DNA of 64,000 bases from Lingula anatina (GCA_051362555.1 JBPQGU010000016.1:6014001-6078000), one strand, 5' to 3'. Positions 50,963 to 63,692 are shown, counted from the first letter of the stretch. Notes: a model not told the origin generated them from the letters alone. Translations and numbers: made by a program.

Positions 50963-53345
50963 TTGTACCACCAGCGTTAGCGCTGGCGGTACACATGGTT
51001 TCGGTCTCGTCCGGATCGTTCCGCCGGCTCCGCCGGCTCCGCCGGCTCCGCCGGCTCCGTTGGCTCCGCCGGACGGCTACCGTTACCGCTTCTCCTCCTA
51101 GACGGTAAGGCCCCCCATACCCATCTCATGGATTTAGGTCACCTATAATCTCAACTCGTTCCACGTAAAATTTGGGCTTTGTCGGTATTGGGGTCTGGGT
51201 GTGGCACTCATTGCAATGCACCCTTGTCCAAAAATGGCAAAATTAAATGCTAATTATCTACCCTACGGAAGGAGTTACGGGAAAAATTTCTACAGACGGC
51301 TTTCCAAAAGTCATATGTGTAGATTTCAAATATACCCTCGGATTTGACCTTTGACCTTTACTTCAAGGTCAAATGGGCCAAAATTTTCAAAAAAATGAAA
51401 TTTTTTACGAAAAAAAAATTTTTTGCCCTGTTATTCAGACACCACACAGACTTAACAAATAATATTATTGGAAAGTGTTACCCTTCAGGTCATCTTTCAT
51501 CTCCGTGAATTTGGGGTCAATCGGTGCATTTTCACAGGAGTAGCGGCCATAAGATACCGAAACTGAAAACTGTCTCTAATTCGGGAACCGTTAATGCTAG
51601 AGACCCATTCTTTTTTGCATTTTGTAGAGCATGTAAAGCCCAACACTGGAGGTGGTCTCGGTTTTTTTGTATTCCATACGGTTTTCGAGTTACGCTGTAT
51701 CAAAAAGTACATATTGGTGGTGAAAGGAAAATGTACGGAAGCCCACTGGTGCCATATGTAGAAAAAAAAATTATCTCGAAATTTCGAGATACTATTTTGA
51801 AATTTGAACAAAAAAATTTACCACCAGCGTTAGCGCTGGCGGTACACATGGTTTCGGTCCCGTCCGGTCCGTTCCGCCGGCTCCGCCGCCATGTTACCGT
51901 TACCGCTTCTCCTCCTAGACGGTAAGGGCCCCCGTACCCATCTCATGGATTTAGGTCACCTATAATCTCAACTCGTTCCACGTAAAATTTGGGCTTTGTC
52001 GGTATTGGGGTCTGGGTGTGGCACTCATTGCAATGCACCCTTGTCTAAAAATGGCAAAATTAAATGCTAATTATCTACCCTACAGAAGGAGTTACGGGAA
52101 AAATTTCTATAGACGGCTTTCCAAAAGTCATATGTGTAGATTTCAAATATACCCTCGGATTTGACCTTTGACCTTTACTTCAAGGTCAAATGGGTCAAAA
52201 TTTTCAAAAAAATGAAATTTTTTACGAAAAAAAATTTTTTTGCCCTGTTATTCAGATGCCACACAGACTTAACCAATAATATTATTGGAAAGTGTTACCC
52301 TTCAGGTCATCTTTCATCTCCGTGTATTTGGGGTCAATCGGTGCATTTTCACAGGAGTAGCGGCCATAAGATACCGAAACTGAAAACTGTCTCTAATTCG
52401 GGAACCGTTAATGCTAGAGACCCATTCTTTTTTGCATTTTGTAGAGCATGTAAAGCCCAACACTGGAAGTGGTCTCGGTTTTTTTGTATTCCATACGGTT
52501 TTCGAGTTACGCTGTATCAGAAAGTACATATTGGTGGTGAAAGGAAAATGTACGGAAGCCGACTGGTGCCATATGTAGAAAAAAAATTATCTCGAAATTT
52601 CGAGATACTATTTTGAAATTTGAACAAAAAAAATTTTTATCTCGAAATTTCGAGATAGCATTTTGAAATTTGAACAAAAAAAAAATTATCTCGAAATTTC
52701 GAGATAGCATTTTGATATTTGAGCAAAAAAATTTATCTCGAAATTTCGAGATAGTATTTTGAAATTTGAACAAAAAAAATGCTATCTCGAAATTTCGAGA
52801 TAATTTTTTTTTTCAACATATGGCACCAGTCGGCTTCCGTAAAAATGTGCAGTACGGTAATGGATAATAAATTTTGAACTCCGAAAAAATAAAACATAAT
52901 GCTTGGCAAAGCAGACAACTTGTGGTCAAAAATGACATTATTTTATCAAATTTAAACTTCTGCAACTTCAGAGAACCTCCCATTTCAAGAACTTTGACCA
53001 AAATGACCTTTTCTTTATTTTAATTAATTTTTTCTGTAGGAAATTTATGGCACATTATGGTAACTCCAAAATTATAACATTTAGTCCCTTATATCTCCAA
53101 AACTGGCAGAGATAGGTCCATAGTTACTATTGAAGTTGAATAGGAAGTCATATACTGGCAATCTTACTGTGACCTTGACATTGACCTTTGACCTACTTTT
53201 CACCATGAACTGAACTTTGCAAATTTTGCTTCCCTTTTATCTCCAAAACTGGCAGAGATAGGTCCATAGTTACTATTGAAGTTGAATAGGAAGTCATATA
53301 CTGGCAATCTATATGTGACCTTGAAATTGACCTTTGACCTTTGAC
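50963..53345 (+). mobile_element. Two tandem 5' portions of family B HINE
   Basis: Heads at 50963 and about 51820; both carry the same MITE insertion site; 3' truncated. Confidence 0.8.
52551..52841. mobile_element. IS3EU-like MITE with internal palindromic repeats
   Basis: TIR TACGGAAGCCGACTGGTGCCATATG / CATATGGCACCAGTCGGCTTCCGTA; 6-bp TSD AAAATG; five copies of the palindrome TATCTCGAAATTTCGAGATA. A truncated copy is at 51734-51819. Confidence 0.8.
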
Positions 53346-55005
53346 CGGGCAGGTTACAACGTTTGCAACAACGTTAACCGTTGTTCTACCAATTCTATTA
53401 TGCCGAAGCTTTGCGAAAATTCTTCAAAATATATTTTTATTACTTTTAATCAAATCCAGACTATCTCTCACTGCCCTGAGGTATGGCTAAAACCTTTCAG
53501 TTGTCATCAGACTTTGTAATTTGGGAGAAAAAAGTGAAACAGGAACTTCTGGTGATGAATAATATATTATAGTGCTGCAAGGTCTTTTCTATCCCTGATG
53601 TACGAGTAGCTTTTTCTACAGTTTCTACAATTCTCTTAACGTATGAAAATATGCAGGTTTTCTGATACAATAAGACTTTGATAAAATCAAAACCAATAAT
53701 ACTTTTCAAGTCGCGAGTTGGGATAAATATCGGCAAGGTGGAGATATGTCCTGCCGGCGCTTCCGCAACAGCAAGACTGAAGGACGCAAGTTACAAAGCA
53801 AAACATGTTTAGTCAAGTTAAAGACTTAATTACCGGCCTAACAGCGGCGATAGTGACTCCCGCTGTGAGCGACTTGCGCTGTCTATCGTAATCCCCCTAT
53901 CATTAGCACTGTCGGGGGCACACGCACGTTCGCACGTGCGTGTGCTATTAAAGTGACCGGGGACTAAATAGCTACACGGTACCTCTGGATCTGCTCCTGT
54001 TATTGACCATGTTACCTGTTGTGCATGATTAAAAATCAGTGTTAACTGACTGTGCTATTATAAGCATTATTTATTATTGCATCAAAATTGACAAAATGAC
54101 CTATTTTGCATCTTTATTTTCTGTTTTTTGTCTGTACATTTGACAGCTTTGCTGCCTTGTTTAATTTTTCATTTTTCAAACTGGCATTTTCAAGATGTAA
54201 CTTTTCACTCTCATCCACCAGGAGCTCTGTGCTGTTATTCTGTAACATTTTCTGTATTTTTTTTAACTTACAAGATGATTCTTAGGATTGATATACAGCT
54301 CAAATTAGACAGCTCTGTTGAATTATAACTTTTTTAATGAATTTTTGCATTTTTTGTGAATTTTTCACTTCTTTGCATTCTGGTATTTTCAAAGAAAGAA
54401 TTTGAACTCTTTTCAGCCTGAAGCCTTAGGGACCATTTCCAGACCCTTTCACGCTAACTGTGGATCCATCTATCTCTAAGGGGTTTTTCTCTGAATTGCA
54501 ATCAATGTAAGTGGCTTAGATGTCTGTCACAGCAACTAAAGCTGGCATGCCAGAATCTTAAGCTGCTCAAGCTGAAAGCAATTTAATATTAAGTGCGCAT
54601 TCCTTTTTCGTCTCTGTTTTGAAAGAGAATAAAACAGAAGAGCTTTTTTCCTTCGATCGCCTCCTGCCGCCATGCTTTCTTCACTTCGAGTTTAATTGAT
54701 GAGCATGGGCACTTAATACTATTTTTTAGGTAGCTTCCGGGCGAATGGAGTCGAGATTCAATGATTGCACCCCCGCAGGGACGTCGCGTGGGGAGGCGTA
54801 TGAGAGGCGGAGAGACTATTAAAAGATTAGGCGGATTTTCTCTCATGTACTCCAGGTCTGCCATATTTAGGTCGTGGCTTTGTAAAGCCTCAGCTCAACT
54901 GGATGTGAATGCGGCCATAGATAACATGCTTTGTAACAGCTTAACAGTAAACATGCAAACTGCATGCATTCTACAGTGACGGGAATAATTCTAAAGACAC
55001 TCTAA

Positions 55006-55252
55006 GGGACCATTCCCAGACCCTATCATACTAACTGTGGATGGATCTGTTTCCAAGGGGAGTGTCACTAAATTGCAATCTACTTATGTGGCTTAGATGT
55101 CTGACACGCTGCTAAGGGTTTATTAATTATCACTTAACAGCTTCAGTAGGTGTGCCAGATATCTTAGCCGCATAAGCTGCAAGCAGTTTAGCGAGATGTC
55201 CCTTGAAGATGGATCTATCTTGTTAGATCGATCTAGGTATGGGAATCCAGTC
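55006..55252. mobile_element. Harbinger-like MITE
   Basis: GGGACCATTCCCAGACC...GGTATGGGAATCCAGTC with TAA on both sides; a truncated relative lies at 54429-54585. Confidence 0.7.
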
Positions 55253-56594
55253 TAATAGCTTTTGTTTGTAATCTTTACACCTTTCTTATGGTGATTATTG
55301 GTGTTTATTATAGGGAATTAAAACTTAAGCCATTGGGACCCAGCAGGGATAATTACTGCTAGCTCTTGTAGACCCTAAATCTACTCAACTGATTTTAAGC
55401 CACCCACTGTGAGCAAGAGCATCATCATCAATAGAAAAGTGCTCCTGTACTTGCATCATAATAAGCAAGGTGATGAACCCAATAAATGGAGTGATGCAAT
55501 AATGGCCTACAGAGCTGTAGTGGCCCGCGGAGAGTGTCGCATATTTCTTGAGTTAAATGCTCTCAAATCGCCCAAGGACATGCTTTGAATATACGCCCTT
55601 GAATCGCCTTATACTGTTAAAGGTACATATGAACCGAGCATCGGTGGAGCGTAGATTTCCAGTAACACATGTAATTTGATGTAAACCACTTCTACTAGTT
55701 TCTTTTACGACTCAAATAAATTCGAAATGCCAAGGGATAAACTGAATAGATCACTCGATCAGCTATAAAAACCTTTAGATTGCTCCTTTCTTTAAATTTT
55801 TGGTTGTAAATTTAACCTACTTTCGTGACCTACTTTCCTGCCCCATTGACATACAGCTTAGAATGCCAGCAGAAAAATCCATTCAAACATCATTTTTGGG
55901 TAAAATTAAACAATGCCTTTTGGTAATTCTCTTAGTTATACTACAGTACTTGAAACTGTATGCTGGCATTTGGTTGGTTTTTGTGACAAAAAATTGACTT
56001 TGTATGCATCTTTAAAGAAAAGTGTAGAAAAAGATTATTTCAGAGATTTCTTGAATATTTCTGAAAGGAAGACCGCTTAATCCTATAATGGTCTCTCCCC
56101 CTCTTTCACACCTCCCTCAAAAATATTTTTATATTTTCAAATATATTGAAGAATTTCATAACTTAAAAATACTTTTTCAGAAAACAGGTTCTGAGGTACA
56201 CATCAAAGTAGACATCAAATACTCAAAGGACCTGGAGAATATGCTGTCAAAGATATATAGGAACAACGAATTGCATTTTATTCGCATTGTAAGTGGCTTA
56301 TTGCATATTTGAAGTTGATTGATACATCTGTTTGTGCATCACTTCTCTTATAAATTAATTGGTTCATTTTACTACCTAAGATGCAGAAATATGCCATAAA
56401 AAAGGGACTATTTTAAGTTAATGTGTCTCTCTTTCTTTCACTCACTTTCTCTCTGTCTCTGGTAACATATAGCAATTTGCAAATCCAGGAATATTTGTCA
56501 TTTTAGGTCAAGGCTGTCCCTGGATTTGAAAAATGCTTTAACACCACATATTGGTAAGTATTTCTCCTTGGCTCATAACATTCCGACTTAGTTA

Positions 56595-57045
56595 TTGTAA
56601 CAGCAGCATAGGTGGTACCCATGGTTTTAGTTCCGACTGACTCCACCATATCTGCCACTAATTAATAACCCTTACTGTTATAACCTCCTAAACCACAAAG
56701 GCCTGTGTACACATCTCATGGATTTAGATCACACAATTTCATCTTGATCCACATTAATTTCGGGCCCTGTTAGTGCACAGGTCCAGGTGTGGCGAACATC
56801 ACAATGCACCCTTGTCCAAAATTTGCAAAAATAAAAATTTAACTATCTCTTAAACCAAAAGAATTATGGGAAAAGTTACTATAGAAGTCTGACCAAAAGT
56901 CATGTGTGGAGATTTCAAATATGCCCTTGGATTTGACCTTTGACCTTTATTTGAAGGTCAAAAGGGCCAAAATTTTCTTTAAATGGAAATTTTCTGCAAA
57001 ATAAAATTGTTTGTGCCAATTTTCAGAAACTACACAGACCTAATT
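56595..57045 (+). mobile_element. Old, diverged family B 5' fragment
   Basis: GGTACCCATGGTTTTAG, TCTCATGGATTTAG, AATGCACCCTTGTCCAAA and GATTTCAAATATGCCCTTGGATTTGACC occur in family B order. Confidence 0.7.
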
Positions 57046-57929
57046 TAAAGTGAGGTGTTGCAATAAGGTTGCGCGACAAGATTATTTTCAGTTGCACTCC
57101 GGATTATGCACGCTTGCTCCGCAAGGTGTCGCCTGTGGAGGGGGGGCAGCACAGCCCGTGTGGTTACTGTGACGAAGGTGACAAGTACTTCCAAACATAT
57201 TTCATAACTGTAATTATTCCTCATTCTATACACAAATTTGATATTTACGGCAATGGAAAATGTGGCACTGGCAAAAGTGGGTCTAGGTGCGTTGACGGGC
57301 CGCAAAGGTGTCCCCAACATTAACCGCTGCCAGTGAATCCCAAGGCATTAAACTACACAACCTGTAGATATTGGAAATTTAAGTTAAGCAACTGAGGCTT
57401 TATTAGATTTGGGCAGAAATTGAGAGGAATGTTCAGTGACATGCCAAACCCCTAAGTTTAAGTCTTGGCCCTTGACACCTGTAACGCACCCCTTAGTCAA
57501 GAATCTGAACAAATCAATGTTGGGCAGGTATGCTCTGTTTTTGTGATTTTATCAACTTGATTGTCAAGTGCCAGACCTTTTGTTCCTGGGTACTAGTAGC
57601 AAACTTTATCAGATAACAATCTGACACTACCTATGCTGCGCTAACAGCGCTGTAAACCCAGTTATCAATGCTGTCATCTTTCCCTGTATCTCTACCGGTA
57701 TTATACCAGTGGTAAGTTCGACATATATCAGTAAGGAAATATGCTGTGATGCTTATATTTATTTGTAATACGTTAGTATCAACCTGTTCGTAAAAACTTG
57801 GAACCTTTCAATATTATTAAACAATAACAGCATAATGACATCATGGGAGCTGTTATGATTAAATGCTTAGAAGAAATAATAAAAACAGATTACGTAAAAT
57901 AAAAAATGAATTAATTTTATTTGATTTAT

Positions 57930-59704
57930 TTTTTATGTACAGACACAGATGTGTCTGTACATATTGCCATCACCTGCGTCTGTCGTCGCCGATGCCGGCG
58001 CCGTGCACTTTCCTTGTTAACACGATAAGTGGAGGGCAGTTTTACTTTTTGGCTTTATATTTACAGAGCTGATGAATATTCATAAAATGCAGGTCAAGTT
58101 CGAAAATCAGCATGATCGGGCCATTATTGTAGAAGTTATGCTGTTTTTTCACTTTTCAGCATATATGCAACCCTGTTAACACATTTTAAGGAAAACCGAT
58201 AGGCCTGTTGTCATGAAACTCACAGGAGTAATCAATCTTACTAAAACGCAGGTCAAGTTCGAAAATCGGCATGATCAGGCCACTATTTTAGTAGTTATGC
58301 TGTTTTTTTTCACTTTTTAGCATATATGCAACACTGTAAACACAATATAAGAAAAACAGATAGACCAATTGTCATTAAACTCACAGGAGTGGTCAATCTT
58401 ACTAAAATGCAGGTTTGAAAATTAGTATAATCGGGCCATTGTTTTAGAAGTCATGCTGTTTTTTCACATTTCCTCAAATTCAATTCTTAGGCATGTTAAC
58501 AGTCTTATTATTTAATTAATAAGACACATAAAAGTGTTTGTTTGACATTTCCTGCATCTTTACAACATTGTTAGTTGATTATGTAGAAATGATGGTAAAC
58601 TTGTTATCGTGTATTGTGTAATAAAGTGTCAAAAATGGAAATAAACTCATATCAGTCAGATTCAATCATTTACTATGTTCAGAATGTCAGAATGGAGGAA
58701 ATTGGACATTTGACACAGTTCTATTGATATTTGTCCCATCTCATCAATTTTCTTAGTTGATCATATAAAAATGGCAGTAAACTGTTTATTTCATCTTGTA
58801 TTAAAAAAGTGTTAAAAATGGAAATAAACCCATTTCAGCACAGTGCTGTCTAGTTTACATTTTGGCATATTCAAGGTGTCACTTTGAAGTTCCATGGGCA
58901 TGAAGACCTTTGCTAGTCACATTTTCTGAATATACATGATATTATTAAAAATTGATGATCATTATGCTGTTAAACATTATGTAATATTGCATTAAAATTT
59001 GAAAATAAACCTATTTTGGGCACTGCTCCCATGATGACCATTTAAGGAAAACCATGTCATTTACTGTTCTCAAACTTACAGAAAGAAACATTAGACTTAA
59101 ATACAGCTTCAGTAGGCAATGCAATCTGTTTGGTAATTCTTTCTGTCGGTTAAACAGTATTTTTGTGAAAGTTTAATTTTTCACATATTGGCATTTTCAA
59201 GGTGTGACTTTGAAGTTCCACAGGCTTGAAGACCCATGCTAGTCACATTTTCTGAAAATCCATGATACCTTTATTTTATTATTAAAAATTGATTGTCATT
59301 ATGCTGTTAACCATTATGTAATATTGCATCAGAATAGAAGAACACACAATTTTGGGTGCTGCTGCCATGAAAACCATTACGGGAAAACCATGTTACTTAT
59401 GATTGCCAAACTTTCAAAAAAGAAATACAGGACTAAAATGCAGCCTGGGTTGGAAAAGCAGTCTAATTGACTTCTTTTTCTGGAAGTTATACATTTTCAG
59501 AGTGTGAACTTGAACTCCTATGGGGCTGAAGCCTTATGCTTGTTACACATTTTACTTACATTGGAATTACCTGTTGAGCATAATTAAAATTTGATGTTGA
59601 ATTTGCAGTTTAACATAATGTACTTTTGCATCAGAATTGACTGTACCCTATTTTGTTTTTTCCTTCTTTTTGTCTGTACATTTGACAGCTTTGCTGCCTT
59701 GTTT
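57930..59704 (+). mobile_element. Family A HINE, short full-length variant
   Basis: Head hairpin at about 57935; tail TGTCTGTACATTTGACAGCTTTGCTGCCTTGTTT at about 59671-59704. Confidence 0.85.
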
Positions 59705-61154
59705 ATCAAACCAATTAATTATCAAACATGAAGATTATTTTCAGAAACATCAACATATATTACTGCATTATAAATCTGCTGGTACACAGATCTACAGTTC
59801 TAAAATGCAAATACCAAGTACCTTTCACACACCACTGATGAGATGTAAATAATCATATGTATAAAGTAGTAAAAACATCACAAAATGTATGTAGGCAAGA
59901 TATTTCTACAAGTAACTTCATTAATCAGTCAGGAAACTTCATAATGCATTCAATACATGTAGAAATTTGAGCAAGATCAATTCTACATACAGGCATGATA
60001 GATTTACCATATATTGCCACCTACCTTAAACTGAATGGGCATTTTAAAGAATAAAGTGAGTTAAAAATGAATAAAAAAATAAAAAACAGATACTGTCATT
60101 CTTAATAGTGAAAAACAATGGCACCTTCCAGCCTTCACTGCCTCACTATTTGCAGACAATGGTCTAGTCACTGTCATTGTGTACTTTTGATGAGGCATAT
60201 ATGCAAGGATAACTCCTTAGAAGTATATTGTGGAGGTCTTTTTTGTCATAAATCTGCCACATATAAGCTGAATGTGCATATTGCACATTCACACGGCAGC
60301 GACTTGTCTTAGCAAGGACTCAACCAGTTGAAAACTTGTGGCACAGCTTCAGGGACAGGATCACACCAACAACCCTTGCTGTGATGATGGATCTACTACA
60401 TGTAGTACATGATCTATGTCTTGTCCTCCTAGTTTCTCTAATACCGTTTCCCCTGATCTATGCTCACATCAATCTCTACAACTTTGCCAACTTCTACACA
60501 GTTTTTGCATCTGAAAGTATAAAGCAAAAAATGTAATAAAGCACTATCAATTTACTTGTTATATATTGATTTCAGGGCGAGAGAAAAAGGCAGAAACCTC
60601 ATATCATAATCAATATAATTGAAAATCAAATATGCATAATCAAATAGCTTTAATTGTACATACTAGTGATGATTTAATCTTTTAATCTTCAGCATAAATT
60701 TTGACTTTCTCTTGTTAAAGCATAGCCACTTTATCAAAATGTGCTTGAACAAATAATAATAATAATAATAATGATAATAATAATAATAACCTGCACACAT
60801 GATGTGGAGGCCAACTGCCACAAAAATAAGTTGATATATCGATGTACTTGGTAGCCTGAGAAATAATATCAGGTATTAATATGAGCAGCAATAATACCAC
60901 AGAGTTAACAACGACACAAGCATATGGTGTTATATAGCAAAATTTCATGCATTACTTGCTATGGCCGTGTCCTCCTCAAACTATCGTGCACATCAGCTTT
61001 TGATTTTCAATGTCATCAAAATTTTATATTGTTGTTAGTTAGATCTATGTGTCTGCTATTCAAATAATATCGTTTGGAAAATAAATAAATAATTTAATTA
61101 TGCTTTTGCAACACGAAATTATCATTAACTTTGCCGGTTCACGTGTACACATAC

Positions 61155-61311
61155 CTTGCTATCAATGCTGCTCTTTTCTCCCCAACTCGCTACTGACAGG
61201 CTAACCACATCGTTCCAAAACAAAGTTGGCGTGATCCTTTACTTTTGGTGTTGGCAGTTTCGCCCCGGGGACATCGTCTTCAGTTAAAAATGACGTATCG
61301 TTTTCATCCAT
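61155..61311 (-). pseudogene. Decayed first exon of a SAP-like-domain protein, probably transposon-encoded
   Basis: MDENDTSFLTEDDVPGAKLPTPKVKDHANFVLER/WLAC...GEKRAALIAR ending at AG|GTATGT. It matches the recalled 'LTEDD.PGA.L....L.RWL.CRG....G.K..LI.R' motif; there is one frameshift and one stop. Confidence 0.6.
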
Positions 61312-61477
61312 CTTTGCATTGCTCCTGTACAAAATGTCCGCTTGCTGCCCCCCAAGGGAAAAATCGTAGCATGTGGGTAGTTACGCAAGACCTGTGACGT
61401 ATAACAAGCGCAAGGTTATTAGGGACTGGTCATTAGGAGTTTTAGGTCAATTAGTGCATTTTGCCCACCCTTACGAA

Positions 61478-61735
61478 AATTTCCTATAGGATTTCCTATA
61501 AGATTTCCTATAGGATCCTATAAGATTTCCTATAGGATATCCTATAGGATCCTATAGGAATTCCTATAGGATCCTATAGGAAATCTTATAGGATCCTATA
61601 GGAAATCCTATAGGATCCTATAGGAAATCTTATAGGATCCTATAGGAAATCCTATAGGAAATCTTATAGGAAATCCTATAGGATCCTATAGGAAATCTTA
61701 TAGGATCCTATAGGAAATCTTATAGGAACCTATAG
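61478..61735. repeat. Fold-back minisatellite of CCTATAGG units
   Basis: ATTTCCTATAGG-type units on the left mirror CCTATAGGAAAT-type units on the right, around CCTATAGGAATTCCTATAGG (61551-61570). Confidence 0.9.
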
Positions 61736-61984
61736 AAATTCATATTAACTGCTTTGAATATTTTTACAGCTTTTTATATATTGTTGGATCTTTGGCAAAA
61801 TTGGTAATAGGCACTGGTCCCTCAAAACAAAAGAGAATATCATGTTTACATTCTTTATTCAATATGTATAAATGTATGTACATATTCCACAGTATGGTAT
61901 GCAACCAGCTTACTAGAGAATTGTTTTATAGATTTTTGCAAATTTAATGGTGTTGCTACTGCTTTTTAATTACAAGTTCTATAA

Positions 61985-62270
61985 GTTATCACAAGTATCC
62001 AATATGTCTTGTCAAGCTGTGGCGTCACTGTCTTTTTCTTGTGTGAGTTCGAACTCCTGCCAGAATGAGTGGCTAAAACCTCCCTTGGCCAGACTGTGTC
62101 CATTGTCAGCATACTGCTTTAGTCACTTAATAATTGAAGAATTTCAGACAAAAGTCTTTTGCACATTGTTCAACTTTACTGTGATAAGTCTTTTGCACAT
62201 TGTTCAACTTAACTGTGATGGCCTTCTTAACCTCCGTCTGAGTTGTGTTGAATCATTTGCGGATGTATTT
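61985..62270 (-). pseudogene. Decayed BEN-domain-like coding remnant
   Basis: YIRK*FNTTQTEVKKAITVKLNNVQK and MDTVWPREVLATHSGRSSNSHKKKTVTPQLDK resemble the C- and N-terminal halves of BEN domains. Confidence 0.5.
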
Positions 62271-63198
62271 GAAAGATAGACATTGTGAATTTCAATTAAT
62301 TGTACATGTCTACAAAAATGCGAAATGATGAAGGAAAAATTTTCTAATGAGATCAATAATAATCATTGCACCAATTCTATTTTGGGCAATTCATAGCCTT
62401 TATTAGTTAACTGAATTTTTTTCAAAGACAAGGTATTAAAGATGGATAATTTGTAAAAAAAAATATAAAGAACATGAACATATTTCACAGGACCAAGTCC
62501 ACGGGAACAATCGGAAATGAATTTTAAAATGCAGACATTCGCAGTGGAGAAAACTCTACTCTGGTTAAATATGCAATTGGGCCATTACAGAGCTGCCAGG
62601 GCCAAAAAAGTCCCAAAAACTATAAGAAAACTCATTTCCGAGGGTAAACAGTAATTCCCTATTCTCACTAGTCTTTGCTTGGCCCTAAATCATCAGTCCA
62701 AACCACAAAAAAGCAATCCCCGAGTTAAAATTTATAGCTTTTGTGTAAGCAAAATGGTCAGATTTTCACAATGCACATTTCATTTCCATTATGTATATAG
62801 GTTAGCAAAAAATATTTTTAAACAAACTATGGTGTTTACCTCACATTAAGGGTTGAAAAGAAATTAAAGGGAAAGAAAACTTGGCAAATAAACGATCCTG
62901 AAGAACGTGTGAGGTAATGAAATTTGCCCTGACAGCCCCTCTAACATGTTAATACATAGTTACTATTAAACTGAACTTTGCTAATTTTCCAGCCCTTACA
63001 TCTCCAAAACTGGCAAAGATACGCCCATGGTTACGACCATAGAACTTGAATAGGAAGTCACATATTAGCAATCTTACTGTGACTTTGAATTTGACCTTTG
63101 ACCTACTTTTTCATCATGAACTGCAGGTTGCACATTTTCTGCCCCTCATATCTTTAAAACTGGTAGAGATATGCCCAGTGTTGCCCCTAGGTTTTCTC

Positions 63199-63692
63199 TT
63201 TTTATGTACAGACACAGATGTGTCAATTTTGAAGAAACCCCTATTTTGGGCACTGCTCCCATGATGACCACATGGGACTAAAATACAGTTTCAGTAGGCA
63301 ATGCAGTCTGTTTGGTAAATTTTTCTGGCAGTTAAATAGTTTTTTGTGAAAATTTAATTTTTCACATATTGGCATTTTCAAGGTGTGACTTTGAAGTTCC
63401 ATGGTCCTGAAGACCTTTGCTAGTCACATTTTCTGAATATCCATGATACTAATATTTTATTATTAAGAATTGATGGTCATTATGCTGTTAAACATTATGT
63501 AATGTTGCATCAAAATTTAAAGAAACCCCTATTTTGGCCACTGCTCCCATGATGACCATTATGGGAAAACCATGTTACTTATGATTGTCAAACTTTCAAA
63601 AAAGAAACACAGGACTAAAATGCAGCCTGAGTTGGAAAAGCAGTCTAAGTGGCTTCTTTTTCTGGAAGTTATACATTGTAGTGAAATATTCA
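63199..63692 (+). mobile_element. Internally deleted family A fragment
   Basis: Head TTTTTATGTACAGACACAGATGTGTC fused directly to family A interior sequence. Confidence 0.7.

Larger units (their letters stand above)
47782..53979. mobile_element. 6.2-kb TIR element with CCGT termini and TA TSD (Tc2/pogo-like, non-autonomous) carrying cargo
   Basis: 13-bp TIR CCGTGTAGCTATT / AATAGCTACACGG; TA at 47780-81 and 53980-81; the empty site is seen in other family A copies. Confidence 0.8.
45097..54162 (+). mobile_element. Family A HINE, full length, split by the 47782-53979 insertion
   Basis: Head at 45097 and tail at about 54128-54162. The flanks rejoin as GTCAGAAAATA|CCTCTGGATCTGCTCCTG, matching about 5990-6020. 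Confidence 0.8.

Noticed and set aside
52580-52805. CRISPR-like palindromic repeats with spacers
   Set aside because: The intervening sequences are near-identical to each other, and the array is bounded by TIRs and a TSD, so it is a MITE.
54589-54979. Overlapping 91-aa and 72-aa ORFs in a GC-richer patch
   Set aside because: No recognisable domain or splice structure; probably TE-derived.
57045-57323. Cys/Gly-rich overlapping ORFs
   Set aside because: No recognisable motif, non-ATG starts, and open on both strands, consistent with local GC content.
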